DNA from: Saccharofermentanales bacterium | GTDB lineage: Bacteria; Bacillota; Clostridia; Saccharofermentanales; DTU023 | NCBI GenBank assembly: GCA_050951845.1 | Contig: JBMNJV010000001.1 | Span: 102,905-166,904 of the forward strand | Direction of reading: 5' to 3' | Length of the DNA stretch: 64,000 nucleotides | Position numbers and translations under genes: made by a program | The notes under the pieces: model-generated | The model's database searches: none | Told to the model about the DNA's origin: nothing | Seen by the model: the letters and a program-made list of their open reading frames with translations, nothing else | Part shown: in pieces, positions 1-9,249 of the stretch | Numbering within the stretch: the first letter of the stretch is position 1 | Layout: the number at the start of each line of letters is the position of its first letter

Positions 1-152
1 GAGAAAAGAATAACCCATTTTTCCTTATAATCATCCGGAAAATTAATTTCTCCATGTGTTGTAACAGCAGTAAACTTCGGTGCAGGACGTCCGATCAAAG
101 GAAACTCCTGTCTTACTTCTTCAGATATATTTTTATCATTATAATTGTCCAT
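1..152 (-). CDS. Peroxiredoxin (AhpC/TSA family), N-terminal part only; gene continues past the window start
   Basis: My reverse-complement translation from ATG (150-152) gives MDNYNDKNISEEVRQEFPLIGRPAPKFTAVTTHGEINFPDDYKEKWVILFS. This is a typical Prx N-terminus ending just before the peroxidatic Cys. AGGAGG lies 6 nt upstream (159-164). It is absent from the ORF track because it is truncated. Confidence 0.8.
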   Translation of the reverse strand, partial: MDNYNDKNISEEVRQEFPLIGRPAPKFTAVTTHGEINFPDDYKEKWVILF

Positions 153-326
153 AAAAAACCTCCTAAATCAGTCTGATATCTTATATTTTTTTCTAATAAT
201 ATTTTAATCCCAAAAGACAGTTGACCCTGTAAGATTCGTTACAGTGAACTTCTGCAGCGATAATACGTGCACAACGTTACCTTTATATAACAGGAGATAT
301 TCCGGGAAGTTTTTTGTAATAATATT

Positions 327-420
327 GATCTACACGCCATTGGCAATTTGCGCATTATTGATTCACTACCGGAATAATATACAGTATCCTGATCAACACG
401 CCATTGGACATTTGCGCATT
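327..420. repeat. Two 30-bp imperfect direct repeats (327-356, 391-420; 27/30 identical, period 64 bp) upstream of the peroxiredoxin gene
   Basis: gatcTacacgccattggCAatttgcgcatt versus gatcAacacgccattggACatttgcgcatt, read directly. Located between the LysR stop (464) and the Prx start (152). Confidence 0.7.
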
Positions 421-463
421 TTGGCTACAGTATCAAACAGTTGCTTCACTGACGGAAGAGGGA

Positions 464-1324
464 TTAATCTGTTTCTTTGCCGAAAAAGGAGTGAATCTTT
501 TCGTGCATGTCTGCATATTTCAGGTAAACAATATTGAATTCACGAACGACTATTTCTCCCTGAATCGAAAATTTTGCAAGCTCCGGATCAGAATCGGCAA
601 GTATATTATACACAAATGAAATACCGAATCCCCGCTTCACCAGATCCAAGATCAACTTGAAGCTCGAGATACAAATATGGCGCTGAAACCGCTCCAGAGT
701 TTCATTGTACCAGCTGAGTTCCTGCTCCAGAATAGCGCGGGTACCGGACCCTTTTTCCCGATGAATGATGGTTTCCTGCAACAACTCATCAATACTGATC
801 TCCCGTCCTGCAAAGGGATGGTCTTTTCTGCAGATACCCACAAACGGTTCCCGGCGAAGCAGAATATTGTTAAAGCTGTTTTTATCGAACATACCCTCAA
901 TTACGGCAAAATCCAATTCATTATCTTCTAATGATTTCAGGAGATGCTCCGTATTATCCACAATTATCGTTAGAGCATTATCTTTCAGGCTCAAAAATCT
1001 GCAGATATATTCCTCCAGGAAGTAATCACCGATTGTTTTGGTCACACCTATCCTCAAGGTATTAATCTCTTTGTCTTCGAGTCTTTCTCTCAATGCATGA
1101 TCATGCACTTTTGCCGCCCTGGCATATTTTTCAAGCAGTATCCCGGCATTTGTTTTAGTCAATTTATGATTTTCGTAACGAAACAGCTTACACTCATAAG
1201 CACGTTCCAGAGATTGGATCTGCTGAGTTACTGCCGGTTGAGACAGATGGAGTATTTCTGCCGTTTTGCGATAATTCATATACTTACACAGTGTTAAAAA
1301 CGTATCAATTCGATAATCGAGCAT
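464..1324 (-). CDS. LysR-family transcriptional regulator
   Basis: 286-aa ORF. N-terminal HTH is typical of LysR (FLTLCKYMNYRKTAEILHLSQPAVTQQIQSLE), followed by a substrate-binding domain. RBS GAGGGA. Divergent from the 1528 gene. Confidence 0.9.
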   Translation of the reverse strand: MLDYRIDTFLTLCKYMNYRKTAEILHLSQPAVTQQIQSLERAYECKLFRYENHKLTKTNAGILLEKYARAAKVHDHALRERLEDKEINTLRIGVTKTIGDYFLEEYICRFLSLKDNALTIIVDNTEHLLKSLEDNELDFAVIEGMFDKNSFNNILLRREPFVGICRKDHPFAGREISIDELLQETIIHREKGSGTRAILEQELSWYNETLERFQRHICISSFKLILDLVKRGFGISFVYNILADSDPELAKFSIQGEIVVREFNIVYLKYADMHEKIHSFFGKETD

Positions 1325-1387
1325 ATTATTCCCTCACACCCCGGCATATGATAATTTTATTTTATTATCAGATAAATAACATTAAAT

Positions 1388-1415
1388 TTAACTTATCACC
1401 AAGGTAAGATATAAT
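1388..1415 (+). promoter_or_regulatory. Candidate sigma-A promoter for the 1528 operon (TTAACT-16-TATAAT); TTATC-A-GATAA palindrome at 1367-1377 just upstream
   Basis: Hexamers read in the sequence. Position is in the LysR-divergent intergenic region. No experimental support. Confidence 0.35.
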
Positions 1416-1527
1416 CAAAATTAACTTATAAAAACCATTAATAAATCGGATATTAAGTACATTAACCGGGAGCTGAAAAGAGGAGTCTTTTTACTTCCGG
1501 AAATTAAGATAAGGGGAGCTATAAACT

Positions 1528-4086
1528 ATGAATATTGTTGTGATTGGCGGTGTTGCAGCCGGTACTAAGACTGCTGCAAAATTGAGACGTGAAAACAGTA
1601 AAGCTAAGGTTACTATTTACACAAAAAGTAAGGATATTTCATATGCAGGCTGCGGTTTGCCATATTATGTGGGAGGCAGTATCGAAAGTCGTGAAGAACT
1701 GATCGTCAACAGCCCTGCCAAGTACACCGGCCTGACCGGCGTGGAAGTGAAGACGGAAATGGAAGCAGTTTCAGTCAATGCAGCTGCAAAGACTGTTTCG
1801 TTTGCAAATGGCGACGATGTTCCCTATGACAAGCTGGTCATCGCCACCGGTGCATCACCTTTTATTCCTAATGTTCCCGGCACTAACCTGCCCGGTGTTT
1901 TTACCATGCGTACCCCTGATGATGCCGTTCAATTACGCGCATATATCGATGAAAATAAATGTGCCGGTGCCGTTGTGGCAGGCGGCGGCTTTATCGGCTT
2001 GGAGATTGCGGAAAATCTGCTGGCCAAGGGTTTGAAAGTCACTGTCGCAGATATGGCTCCTCAAGTCATGCCCGGCCTTTTTGATACAGAAGTTGCTGAC
2101 TACATTCGCAAGCAGCTGCAGGCAAAAGGCATCCGAGTTGTCCTCGGTGCTCCGTTAACCGGGATTACAGGCAGTGAGAAAGCTACCGGTATTACTACAT
2201 CCGTTGGTAATTTTGAGGGTGATGCAGTAGTTTTGGCTATCGGTGTTCGTCCCGCTACCGGTTGGCTGGCCGATTCCGGTATCGAAATGAATCATGGCAC
2301 AATCGTTGTGGACAAGTATCAGAGAACCAACTTGAATGATGTTTATGCCGTCGGCGACTGCGCACAGGTTTTCAATCGCCTGACCGGCAAGAGTCAATGG
2401 TCCGCTATGGGTTCCACTGCCAACATCACAGGTCGGTGTTTAGCTAAAAATCTGACCGGTACAGATGCCCCCTACGGCGGTTGCCTGGGTACAGGTGTGG
2501 TTAAACTGACTGACGAACTGAATGCAGGTCGCACCGGTCTGACCGAGGCCCAGGCAAAAGAGGCAGGCTACGATGTTATTACTGCCACCTGTTTCACTGA
2601 CGATAAGGCACATTACTATCCCGACGCTTCTACTTTCATAACCAAAGTGATTGCCGACAAACAAAGCCATCAACTGCTGGGTATCCAAGTCCTGGGTTCA
2701 GGTGCTGTAGATAAAATGGTCGATATTGCCGTGACCGGCATTGCGTTGGGGGCCAAAATCGAAGACTTCGATACTCTGGACTTTGCTTATGCGCCTCCCT
2801 TCTCCACCGCCATTCATCCCTTCGTTCAAGCTTGTTACATGCTGGAAAACAAAATGTGCGGCGCGTATGAGACCATAACACCTGCTGAATATGCTGCTAC
2901 TAAGGCAAAGGGCTATAAAGTTATCGATGTCAGCCTTGCTCCTGCTCTCCCGGGTACACAATGGGTAGATCTGGCAAAGGTCAAGGGTCCGATCAAAGGT
3001 CTGGATTTGGATGCAAAACTCCTCTTGGTTTGTGCTAAGGGCAAACGCGGATATTTCCTCCAGAATAGGCTGAAGTCATACGGCTATACCAATACCCGTG
3101 CACTGGAAGGCGGTCTGCTGCTAAGTGATGTAAAAGTATCCTTTGAAGGCAATAAGCTGCCTCCCGAAGAAATCAGACGTGTCAAGAGTCTGGGCTGCCT
3201 GCAAGATAAACGCTATCCCGATGTTTTCAACGTCCGCGTAATTACCCGTAACGGTAAAATCACCTCCAAAGAACATCAAGTTATTGCGGAAGCGGCTGAA
3301 AAATTCGGTTCGGCTGAAGTGACCATGACTACCCGCTTGACCATGGAAATCCAAGGTGTACGCCATGCAAATATCCAGCCTTTGATTGACTTTTTAGCCG
3401 AATACGGATTGACTACCGGCGGTACCGGTTCTAAAGTTCGTCCCGTTGTTTCCTGCAAAGGTACTACATGTCAGTACGGTCTGGCCGATACGTTTGATCT
3501 TTCTGAAAAAATCCATGAGAGATTCTTCGTCGGCTATAGTGATGTTATTTTACCTCATAAGTTCAAGATTGCTGTCGGCGGCTGTCCTAACAATTGCGTA
3601 AAACCCAATCTGAATGATCTCGGTATCGTCGCTCAAAAAATACCCATGATCAATTATGCCAAATGCCGCGGTTGCAAAAAATGCCAAGTAGTCGATGGCT
3701 GTCCGATTAAGATTGCTGAATTGGTTGACGGCAAGATCCATATCGATCCCGATATCTGTAACAGTTGCGGTCGCTGCATCGGCAGATGCCCCTTCGGTGC
3801 ATTTGAGGAATATCAATCCGGCTATAAAGTCTACATCGGCGGTCGCTGGGGTAAAGAAGTCGCTCACGGTCAGCCCCTAAGCAAGATTTTCACTTCTGAA
3901 GAAGAAGTTATGAATGTAATTGAAAATTCGATTCTCCTGTTCCGTGACAAGGGAATCCCCGGTGAACGTTTTGCCGATACCGTTAATCGTCTGGGCTTTG
4001 ACTATGTCAATGATGAATTGATTAAAGGGAATATCGATAAGGATGCAATCTTGAAGAAAACGGTCAAAGGCGGTGCAACCTGTTAA
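1528..4086 (+). CDS. Three-module fusion: CoA-disulfide reductase/NADH oxidase-like flavoprotein + rhodanese + sulfite/nitrite-reductase-like 4Fe-4S hemoprotein domain with a ferredoxin insert
   Basis: 852 aa.
- Residues 1-450: GGVAAG dinucleotide fold, redox Cys42 in SYAGCGLPYY, second GGGFIGLE fold.
- Residues ~455-535: rhodanese with C502 in VCAKGKRG.
- Residues ~545-852: SCKGTTC and GGCPNNC siroheme/4Fe-4S-type Cys pairs, plus CRGCKKC...CP and CNSCGRCIGRCP ferredoxin motifs.
RBS AAGGGGAG. Confidence 0.85.
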   Translation: MNIVVIGGVAAGTKTAAKLRRENSKAKVTIYTKSKDISYAGCGLPYYVGGSIESREELIVNSPAKYTGLTGVEVKTEMEAVSVNAAAKTVSFANGDDVPYDKLVIATGASPFIPNVPGTNLPGVFTMRTPDDAVQLRAYIDENKCAGAVVAGGGFIGLEIAENLLAKGLKVTVADMAPQVMPGLFDTEVADYIRKQLQAKGIRVVLGAPLTGITGSEKATGITTSVGNFEGDAVVLAIGVRPATGWLADSGIEMNHGTIVVDKYQRTNLNDVYAVGDCAQVFNRLTGKSQWSAMGSTANITGRCLAKNLTGTDAPYGGCLGTGVVKLTDELNAGRTGLTEAQAKEAGYDVITATCFTDDKAHYYPDASTFITKVIADKQSHQLLGIQVLGSGAVDKMVDIAVTGIALGAKIEDFDTLDFAYAPPFSTAIHPFVQACYMLENKMCGAYETITPAEYAATKAKGYKVIDVSLAPALPGTQWVDLAKVKGPIKGLDLDAKLLLVCAKGKRGYFLQNRLKSYGYTNTRALEGGLLLSDVKVSFEGNKLPPEEIRRVKSLGCLQDKRYPDVFNVRVITRNGKITSKEHQVIAEAAEKFGSAEVTMTTRLTMEIQGVRHANIQPLIDFLAEYGLTTGGTGSKVRPVVSCKGTTCQYGLADTFDLSEKIHERFFVGYSDVILPHKFKIAVGGCPNNCVKPNLNDLGIVAQKIPMINYAKCRGCKKCQVVDGCPIKIAELVDGKIHIDPDICNSCGRCIGRCPFGAFEEYQSGYKVYIGGRWGKEVAHGQPLSKIFTSEEEVMNVIENSILLFRDKGIPGERFADTVNRLGFDYVNDELIKGNIDKDAILKKTVKGGATC

Positions 4087-4099
4087 AGGTAAAATTATT

Positions 4100-5236
4100 A
4101 TGAAGCGTTATCTGATAGTTTTGATTTGTGTTTCTTTATTGTTGCTTACTGCATGTACAAGCAACACCGGTGATATCGACAGAACAAGCAATACAGGTGA
4201 TACCCGGGACACCACCGAAAGCATAAACAGTACCGGCAACACCGCTAATACCACCGACAGTACAGGCAACACCGGCAATGCCGATGACACCACCGATACC
4301 ACCGACAATACCGGGAAAACTGTGAATTCTGCGGAAGAAGAATTGATTACTTTTACTGATGCCTTGGACCGCACGGTTTCCATCGAAAAAAATCCGGAAC
4401 GCGTGGCCTCATTGCTGGGAAGCTTTGCGGATGTCTGGGTATTGGCCGGTGGTTCTCTCTGTGCCGCTCCCGATGATGCATGGGAGGATTTCGGACTGGA
4501 GCTTGACAATGCAGTAAACATCGGCGGCGCTCATTCACCAAGCCTCGAATTACTCCTGTCTGCAGAACCCGATTTTGTTATTGCAAGTGCATCCACGGCA
4601 AGTAATGTAGAAATGAAAGAATCATTGGAAGCAGCAAATATTACCGTGGCATATTTTGATGTCGATAATTTTTACGATTATCTGGGTATGCTCGACACAT
4701 GCACGGATATTACCGGACAAAAGGAGTTATACAAACAGAATGGCTTACAGATCCAAACACAAATAGAAGAGATCAAAAACCGATATACAGAGAAAAATAT
4801 TCCGGATCAGGAGCGGACCATCCTTTTGCTCAGAACAGCTTCAAGCTTTGTCAAAGCTAAGGGGAGCCGCGGAACTATCTTAGGAGAAATGCTTGCGGAT
4901 ATGGGTTGTATCAACATAGCTGACAATGACAGTACTATTCTCGAAAATCTCAGCGTCGAGGCAGTAATCCGTGAAGAACCGTATCATATTTTTGTGGTCA
5001 CGATGGGTAGTGATACCGACGCGGCAAAAGCATCCCTTGAAAATATGATCCGGGAAAATCCTGCTTGGAATTCTCTGTCAGCCATAAAAGAAGATAGAAT
5101 GTATATAATGGACAAGACTTTATTTAATTTGAAACCGAATGCTCGCTGGGCGGAAGCTTATCAGAAGTTATATGAAACTCTTACAAATGAAATCCCCGGG
5201 GATGAAACACTGCCTGACGAAACACTGCCTAATTAA
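4100..5236 (+). CDS. ABC transporter substrate-binding lipoprotein, iron-siderophore/cobalamin (FecB/BtuF) type
   Basis: Start moved to the internal ATG at 4100 (MKRYLIVLICVSLLLLTAC lipobox). Thr/Asn/Gly/Asp-rich tandem low-complexity linker. Body matches periplasmic-binding-protein type 2 (NPERVASLLGSFADVW..., EPDFVIAS). Confidence 0.8.
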   Translation: MKRYLIVLICVSLLLLTACTSNTGDIDRTSNTGDTRDTTESINSTGNTANTTDSTGNTGNADDTTDTTDNTGKTVNSAEEELITFTDALDRTVSIEKNPERVASLLGSFADVWVLAGGSLCAAPDDAWEDFGLELDNAVNIGGAHSPSLELLLSAEPDFVIASASTASNVEMKESLEAANITVAYFDVDNFYDYLGMLDTCTDITGQKELYKQNGLQIQTQIEEIKNRYTEKNIPDQERTILLLRTASSFVKAKGSRGTILGEMLADMGCINIADNDSTILENLSVEAVIREEPYHIFVVTMGSDTDAAKASLENMIRENPAWNSLSAIKEDRMYIMDKTLFNLKPNARWAEAYQKLYETLTNEIPGDETLPDETLPN

Positions 5237-5289
5237 ACACAGACTAATGGAACTCTGTCTAATAAACACTGACGGATAAAATTTATGTA

Positions 5290-6303
5290 ATGAAACTCTT
5301 ACAAAACAATAAACTTCGAATCGGTTATATTTATGCCATTGCCATCTCTCTGTTTTTAATTGCTGCAGTGCTGGGTATCCTGCTCGGTGCAACTGAATTT
5401 AAATTTTCAGATTTGTTGATGGTAATTCAGAAGATCGATTCAGATAGTCCGCAAGCAAAAATTCTGTGGTTTGTCCGACTTCCGCGAGTATTGGCAAGCC
5501 TGCTGTGTGGTGCTGCACTTGCAGTCTCCGGTGCAATAATCCAAGGAGTACTTGCCAACAGACTTGCCTCACCGAGTATTATCGGCGTGAATGCCGGCGC
5601 AGGACTGGCTGTGACACTTTGTTCGGCTTTCGGCATTGCAGGAGGCTGGAGATTATCGCTGTTTGCATTTTTCGGAGCATTTGCCGCAGTTATGACCGTC
5701 AGTTTCGGTGCAAAAAAGTGGGGAGCTTCCAGAGGAACCGTCATCCTGATGGGTGTAGCGATGAATAGTCTGCTCGGAGCCATTTCCGCCGCTGTGACTA
5801 CCTTTGTACCGAATGTCAGCATTATGAGCAATGATTTCAAAATCGGCGATTTTTCTGCCGTTACATATATCAAACTCATTCCTGCATCTCTGATCATCAT
5901 TATTTCGATCATTATTCTCTATACCCTGTCGAACGAGCTTGATGTGCTGACCCTGGGCGATGAAAACGCCAAAGGTCTCGGCATGAATACAGGCATGATG
6001 CGCACTCTTTTTTTGATGCTCGCGGCAGCTCTGGCCGGAGCAGCCGTAAGTATCGCAGGTCTGCTATCCTTCGTCGGTCTGCTCGTACCCCATGCCGTCC
6101 GACGCATTGCTGCCAACGAAGCTCACCATCTCATACCGCTGTGTGCCTTGTTTGGCGCAGGATTTGTCACATTAAGCGACACATTTGCAAGAATCGTCTT
6201 TGCTCCCTACGAACTACCTGTCGGGATTATCATGGCATTCCTCGGTGTACCGTTCTTCCTGTTTATTTTAAATAAAGGAAAAGGAGGACACAGACGTGCT
6301 TGA
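5290..6303 (+). CDS. FecCD-family ABC permease
   Basis: 337 aa and highly hydrophobic. Typical FecCD motifs (RLPRVLASLLCGAALAVSGAIIQ, LGDENAKGLG). Confidence 0.9.
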   Translation: MKLLQNNKLRIGYIYAIAISLFLIAAVLGILLGATEFKFSDLLMVIQKIDSDSPQAKILWFVRLPRVLASLLCGAALAVSGAIIQGVLANRLASPSIIGVNAGAGLAVTLCSAFGIAGGWRLSLFAFFGAFAAVMTVSFGAKKWGASRGTVILMGVAMNSLLGAISAAVTTFVPNVSIMSNDFKIGDFSAVTYIKLIPASLIIIISIIILYTLSNELDVLTLGDENAKGLGMNTGMMRTLFLMLAAALAGAAVSIAGLLSFVGLLVPHAVRRIAANEAHHLIPLCALFGAGFVTLSDTFARIVFAPYELPVGIIMAFLGVPFFLFILNKGKGGHRRA

Positions 6304-7057
6304 AATCAAAAATATTCACGCCGGATATTTCAAAAAAGATGTATTGCACGGTGTTTCCCTCGATGCACATGCCGGTCAGATCACAGCGATCTTGGGTCCT
6401 AACGGCTGCGGAAAATCTACCCTGCTGAAATCGATCTGCGGTATCATTCCCGTGACATCCGGCCAAGTGCTCCTGAATGGAGAAAATTTATCAGCATTGC
6501 CGCAAAATCAGATAGCACAAAAAATTGCTTACCTGTCACAAAGCAAACAGATTCCGGATATTACGGTGAAGCGTTTAGTTCTCCACGGGCGATTTCCGTA
6601 TTTAAGTTATCCCCGCCGTTATCGGCAGGAAGATTACCTTGCAGTAAAAAAAGTAATGAAACAGATGAATATTTCGGAATTGTCTGAAATACCTCTCAGT
6701 CAGCTCTCCGGCGGTCAGCAGCAAAAAGCCTATATTGCTATGGCCCTGGCTCAAGATACGAGTATTATACTCTTAGATGAACCGACCACGTATCTGGATA
6801 TATCACACCAATTGCAAATACTGCAACAAGTCAGAGAACTGGCGAATTCAGGAAAATATATCATCATGGTTATTCATGATCTTGCCTATGCACTTGAAAC
6901 TGCCGATCAGATAGTTCTGATGCAAGAAGGGCTTGTGGCAATGCAAGGCACGCCGGAAAAAATTTATGAGACAGGTTTACTCGATGAAATTTTTAACATC
7001 AAAGTTACACGAGTAAGCATTGATGAGCAATGGCATTATTTTTGTATGGAAAAGTAA
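6296..7057 (+). CDS. ABC transporter ATP-binding protein (FepC/FecE-like)
   Basis: GTG start overlapping the permease stop. GGAGGA RBS. Walker A GPNGCGKST, signature LSGGQQQ, Walker B ILLDEP. Confidence 0.9.
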   Translation: MLEIKNIHAGYFKKDVLHGVSLDAHAGQITAILGPNGCGKSTLLKSICGIIPVTSGQVLLNGENLSALPQNQIAQKIAYLSQSKQIPDITVKRLVLHGRFPYLSYPRRYRQEDYLAVKKVMKQMNISELSEIPLSQLSGGQQQKAYIAMALAQDTSIILLDEPTTYLDISHQLQILQQVRELANSGKYIIMVIHDLAYALETADQIVLMQEGLVAMQGTPEKIYETGLLDEIFNIKVTRVSIDEQWHYFCMEK

Positions 7058-7123
7058 AAGACCTTATCAATGATGAGCCGGCTATTACCATACTGAACAT
7101 CCGATAAAATCATATTGTTTTGG

Positions 7124-7151
7124 TTGACACAATTCTTCAGATCGGTAGAAT
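7124..7151 (+). promoter_or_regulatory. Candidate sigma-A promoter (TTGACA-16-TAGAAT) about 220 nt upstream of the MFS gene
   Basis: Consensus -35 and near-consensus -10 read in the sequence. Implies a long leader of unknown function. Confidence 0.4.
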
Positions 7152-7374
7152 GAAGACAGTAAGATACCAGAAGATAGTCAGATACTATTAAATTAAATTT
7201 TCTAAACTAATATAGATAATTCCCTTTAAAATAGCATTTTGAAACTTACGCACAAGATCCCAAAACCCTGTTTTTTAATCTAAACTCAATTTCAGATTAA
7301 AGAATAGGGCTAAAAGCATATATAAAAAAGAGCGAATAATAAAAAGCAGTAGATAAAAGTATGGGAGGTTTTAA

Positions 7375-8595
7375 ATGAAAAAGAACAGGTGGTTATTGTT
7401 AGCGGCCAGTATTGTCGCAAATCTATGTATCGGTTCGGCTTATGCATGGAGTGTATTCTCTTTACCCTTACAACAGGAGTTTGGCTGGACCGCAACCCAG
7501 GTTAACGTCGCCTACTCGATCTGTCTGGGAATGATTCCTCTGGCTATGATTCTCGCCGGAAAATTCCAGGACAAACATGGCCCGAAATGGGTTGTTTTTG
7601 CCGGAGGCGTTCTCTTCGGAACCGGAACCTTCCTCGTAAGCTTTACCGGCAGCATCACCTGGCTGTATTTGACTTACGGCTTATTAGGCGGAACCGGTAT
7701 CGGATTTGTCTACGGAAGTACCATCCCCAATACCACTAAATGGTTCCCTGATAAAAGAGGGCTTGCCGGAGGTCTGATTGCCGGCGGGTTCGGAATCGGG
7801 GCAGTAATCTTTGGGCCCCTTTCCGCCGGTCTCATTGAAAAAATCGGTATTCTTTCAACTTTTCGTTATGAAGGCATCGCCTACATTATCGTTGTCGGAA
7901 TTGTCTCCCAATATATTACGGCTCCTCCGAAAGATTATAAACCCGAAGGCTGGGAACCTCCTGCTCCCGCTCCCGGCGTGGTCAGCAAGACAGTGGCCGA
8001 TCTGACTCCGGGACAAATGTTTCGCACCCCCATCTTCTGGATTCTCTTTGCCATGTACACCTTGGCCTGCTTCGCCGGGCTGATGATTATCGGCAATGCC
8101 TCCCCCATCGGTCAGGAACAAGTCGGTTTATCCGCTGCGGCAGCAGCAGGAGCTGTTGGCTTCCTGAGTTTGGGAAATACCTTGGGTCGTGTCATTTGGG
8201 GCTGGGTTTCGGATATGATCGGACGCTTTGCCACCCTCTTGATTATGTACTCCATCTCAGCGGTCGCTCTGTTCGGGCTGATTAAAGCAAGCACCTACTG
8301 GCCGTTCGTTATTTCCGTCATGGCGGTAGCTGCCTGCTTCGGTGGTTTTTTCGGGATTTTCCCCGCTCTCACCGCAGACAATTTCGGTCTTAAAAATCTC
8401 GGCGTCAACTATGGTGTCTTGTTTGTCTCATATGGTTTGGCCGGAGTCATTGCCCCCACCCTGGCAGCATACTTAAAAGAAGCCAGCGGCGGAGAATACG
8501 CCCTTCCTTTAACCATTGCTCTGATCGTGAATATTGTGGGAATTATTTTATCCGTAATCTATAAGAAAATGAGTGAACCCAAGAAAGAGGCTTAA
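7375..8595 (+). CDS. MFS transporter, oxalate/formate antiporter (OFA) family
   Basis: 406 aa with about 12 hydrophobic segments. N-terminus GSAYAWSVFSLPLQQEFGW is typical of OFA-type MFS. RBS GGGAGG. Confidence 0.8.
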   Translation: MKKNRWLLLAASIVANLCIGSAYAWSVFSLPLQQEFGWTATQVNVAYSICLGMIPLAMILAGKFQDKHGPKWVVFAGGVLFGTGTFLVSFTGSITWLYLTYGLLGGTGIGFVYGSTIPNTTKWFPDKRGLAGGLIAGGFGIGAVIFGPLSAGLIEKIGILSTFRYEGIAYIIVVGIVSQYITAPPKDYKPEGWEPPAPAPGVVSKTVADLTPGQMFRTPIFWILFAMYTLACFAGLMIIGNASPIGQEQVGLSAAAAAGAVGFLSLGNTLGRVIWGWVSDMIGRFATLLIMYSISAVALFGLIKASTYWPFVISVMAVAACFGGFFGIFPALTADNFGLKNLGVNYGVLFVSYGLAGVIAPTLAAYLKEASGGEYALPLTIALIVNIVGIILSVIYKKMSEPKKEA

Positions 8596-8628
8596 ACTCA
8601 CAAGCTTCAAATTACGGATAAATGAAAA

Positions 8629-9219
8629 TCAGTAACCTGCTCTTAAATTCGTAATTGTTTTTTTCTCAATAGACAGATCACTGAAATAACGATATCCGCC
8701 TTCGCCCGTCGGGCACTGCGCCTCGATGCCGACCTTAACCGTATTCTCAACAGACAAAGCAAATAAACGCACCATGTCATACTTTTTGCCATCTAATGAG
8801 TAGTGGATGGCAAAATTGTCTCCGACTCTTGCGACTTGTAGCCAGACAGCATCCTGATCAATATTGCATCCGTTTGCATCATCAGAAACAATATTTGTAA
8901 CAACACTGACAACCGCATTTGTGTCAAAATCCGACTTTTCAAAAGCAGCTTTGACCCATGTATTTTCATCCTGGATTACCATAATACATCCGGCATCATA
9001 AGTGGCTTCGAAATCCGGTCTTACCCTGACTTTAGCTACAAAATCTCCGTCAATTTCCTGATAATAGAACGGAGCATTCGTTTGCGGCTTCATCAGCTTG
9101 CCATCTTCAGGGACAGGGTTATTAAAGAAATCAGTTTTTGCCGGCGCATAGATTGCAATTTCATCACCTTTCTTTGTTACTTCACTTTCATTGAAACTTT
9201 TAAATAATGTTAAATCCAT
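8629..9219 (-). CDS. DUF1349-family protein (concanavalin-like fold, 'regulation of enolase 1'-like)
   Basis: 196-aa ORF with RBS GAGGT. Sequence pattern (DFVAKVRV...YDAGCIMV...WVKAAFE...WLQVARVGDNFAIHYSLDGK) resembles DUF1349 as I recall it. No search was run. Confidence 0.5.
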   Translation of the reverse strand: MDLTLFKSFNESEVTKKGDEIAIYAPAKTDFFNNPVPEDGKLMKPQTNAPFYYQEIDGDFVAKVRVRPDFEATYDAGCIMVIQDENTWVKAAFEKSDFDTNAVVSVVTNIVSDDANGCNIDQDAVWLQVARVGDNFAIHYSLDGKKYDMVRLFALSVENTVKVGIEAQCPTGEGGYRYFSDLSIEKKTITNLRAGY

Positions 9220-9249
9220 AAAATACCTCTATCTGCTTAATTAATTCCT

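Noticed and set aside
244-619. Small plus-strand ORFs (97 aa, 71 aa) between the peroxiredoxin and LysR genes
   Set aside because: They overlap the LysR 3' end and the repeat-containing Prx promoter region. They have no RBS and a Cys/Phe/Ile-rich nonsense-like composition.
4160-4330. Tandem low-complexity DNA (TGNT/TTD-coding) as an independent repeat element
   Set aside because: It is in frame within the lipoprotein linker directly after the lipobox, so it is interpreted as a flexible tether. The same applies to the EEKAE tract at 42091-42165.
7152-7374. Riboswitch or leader element in the ~220-nt region upstream of the MFS transporter
   Set aside because: I could not recognise any known riboswitch core or a terminator/antiterminator pair. 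Only the promoter-like hexamers are reported.
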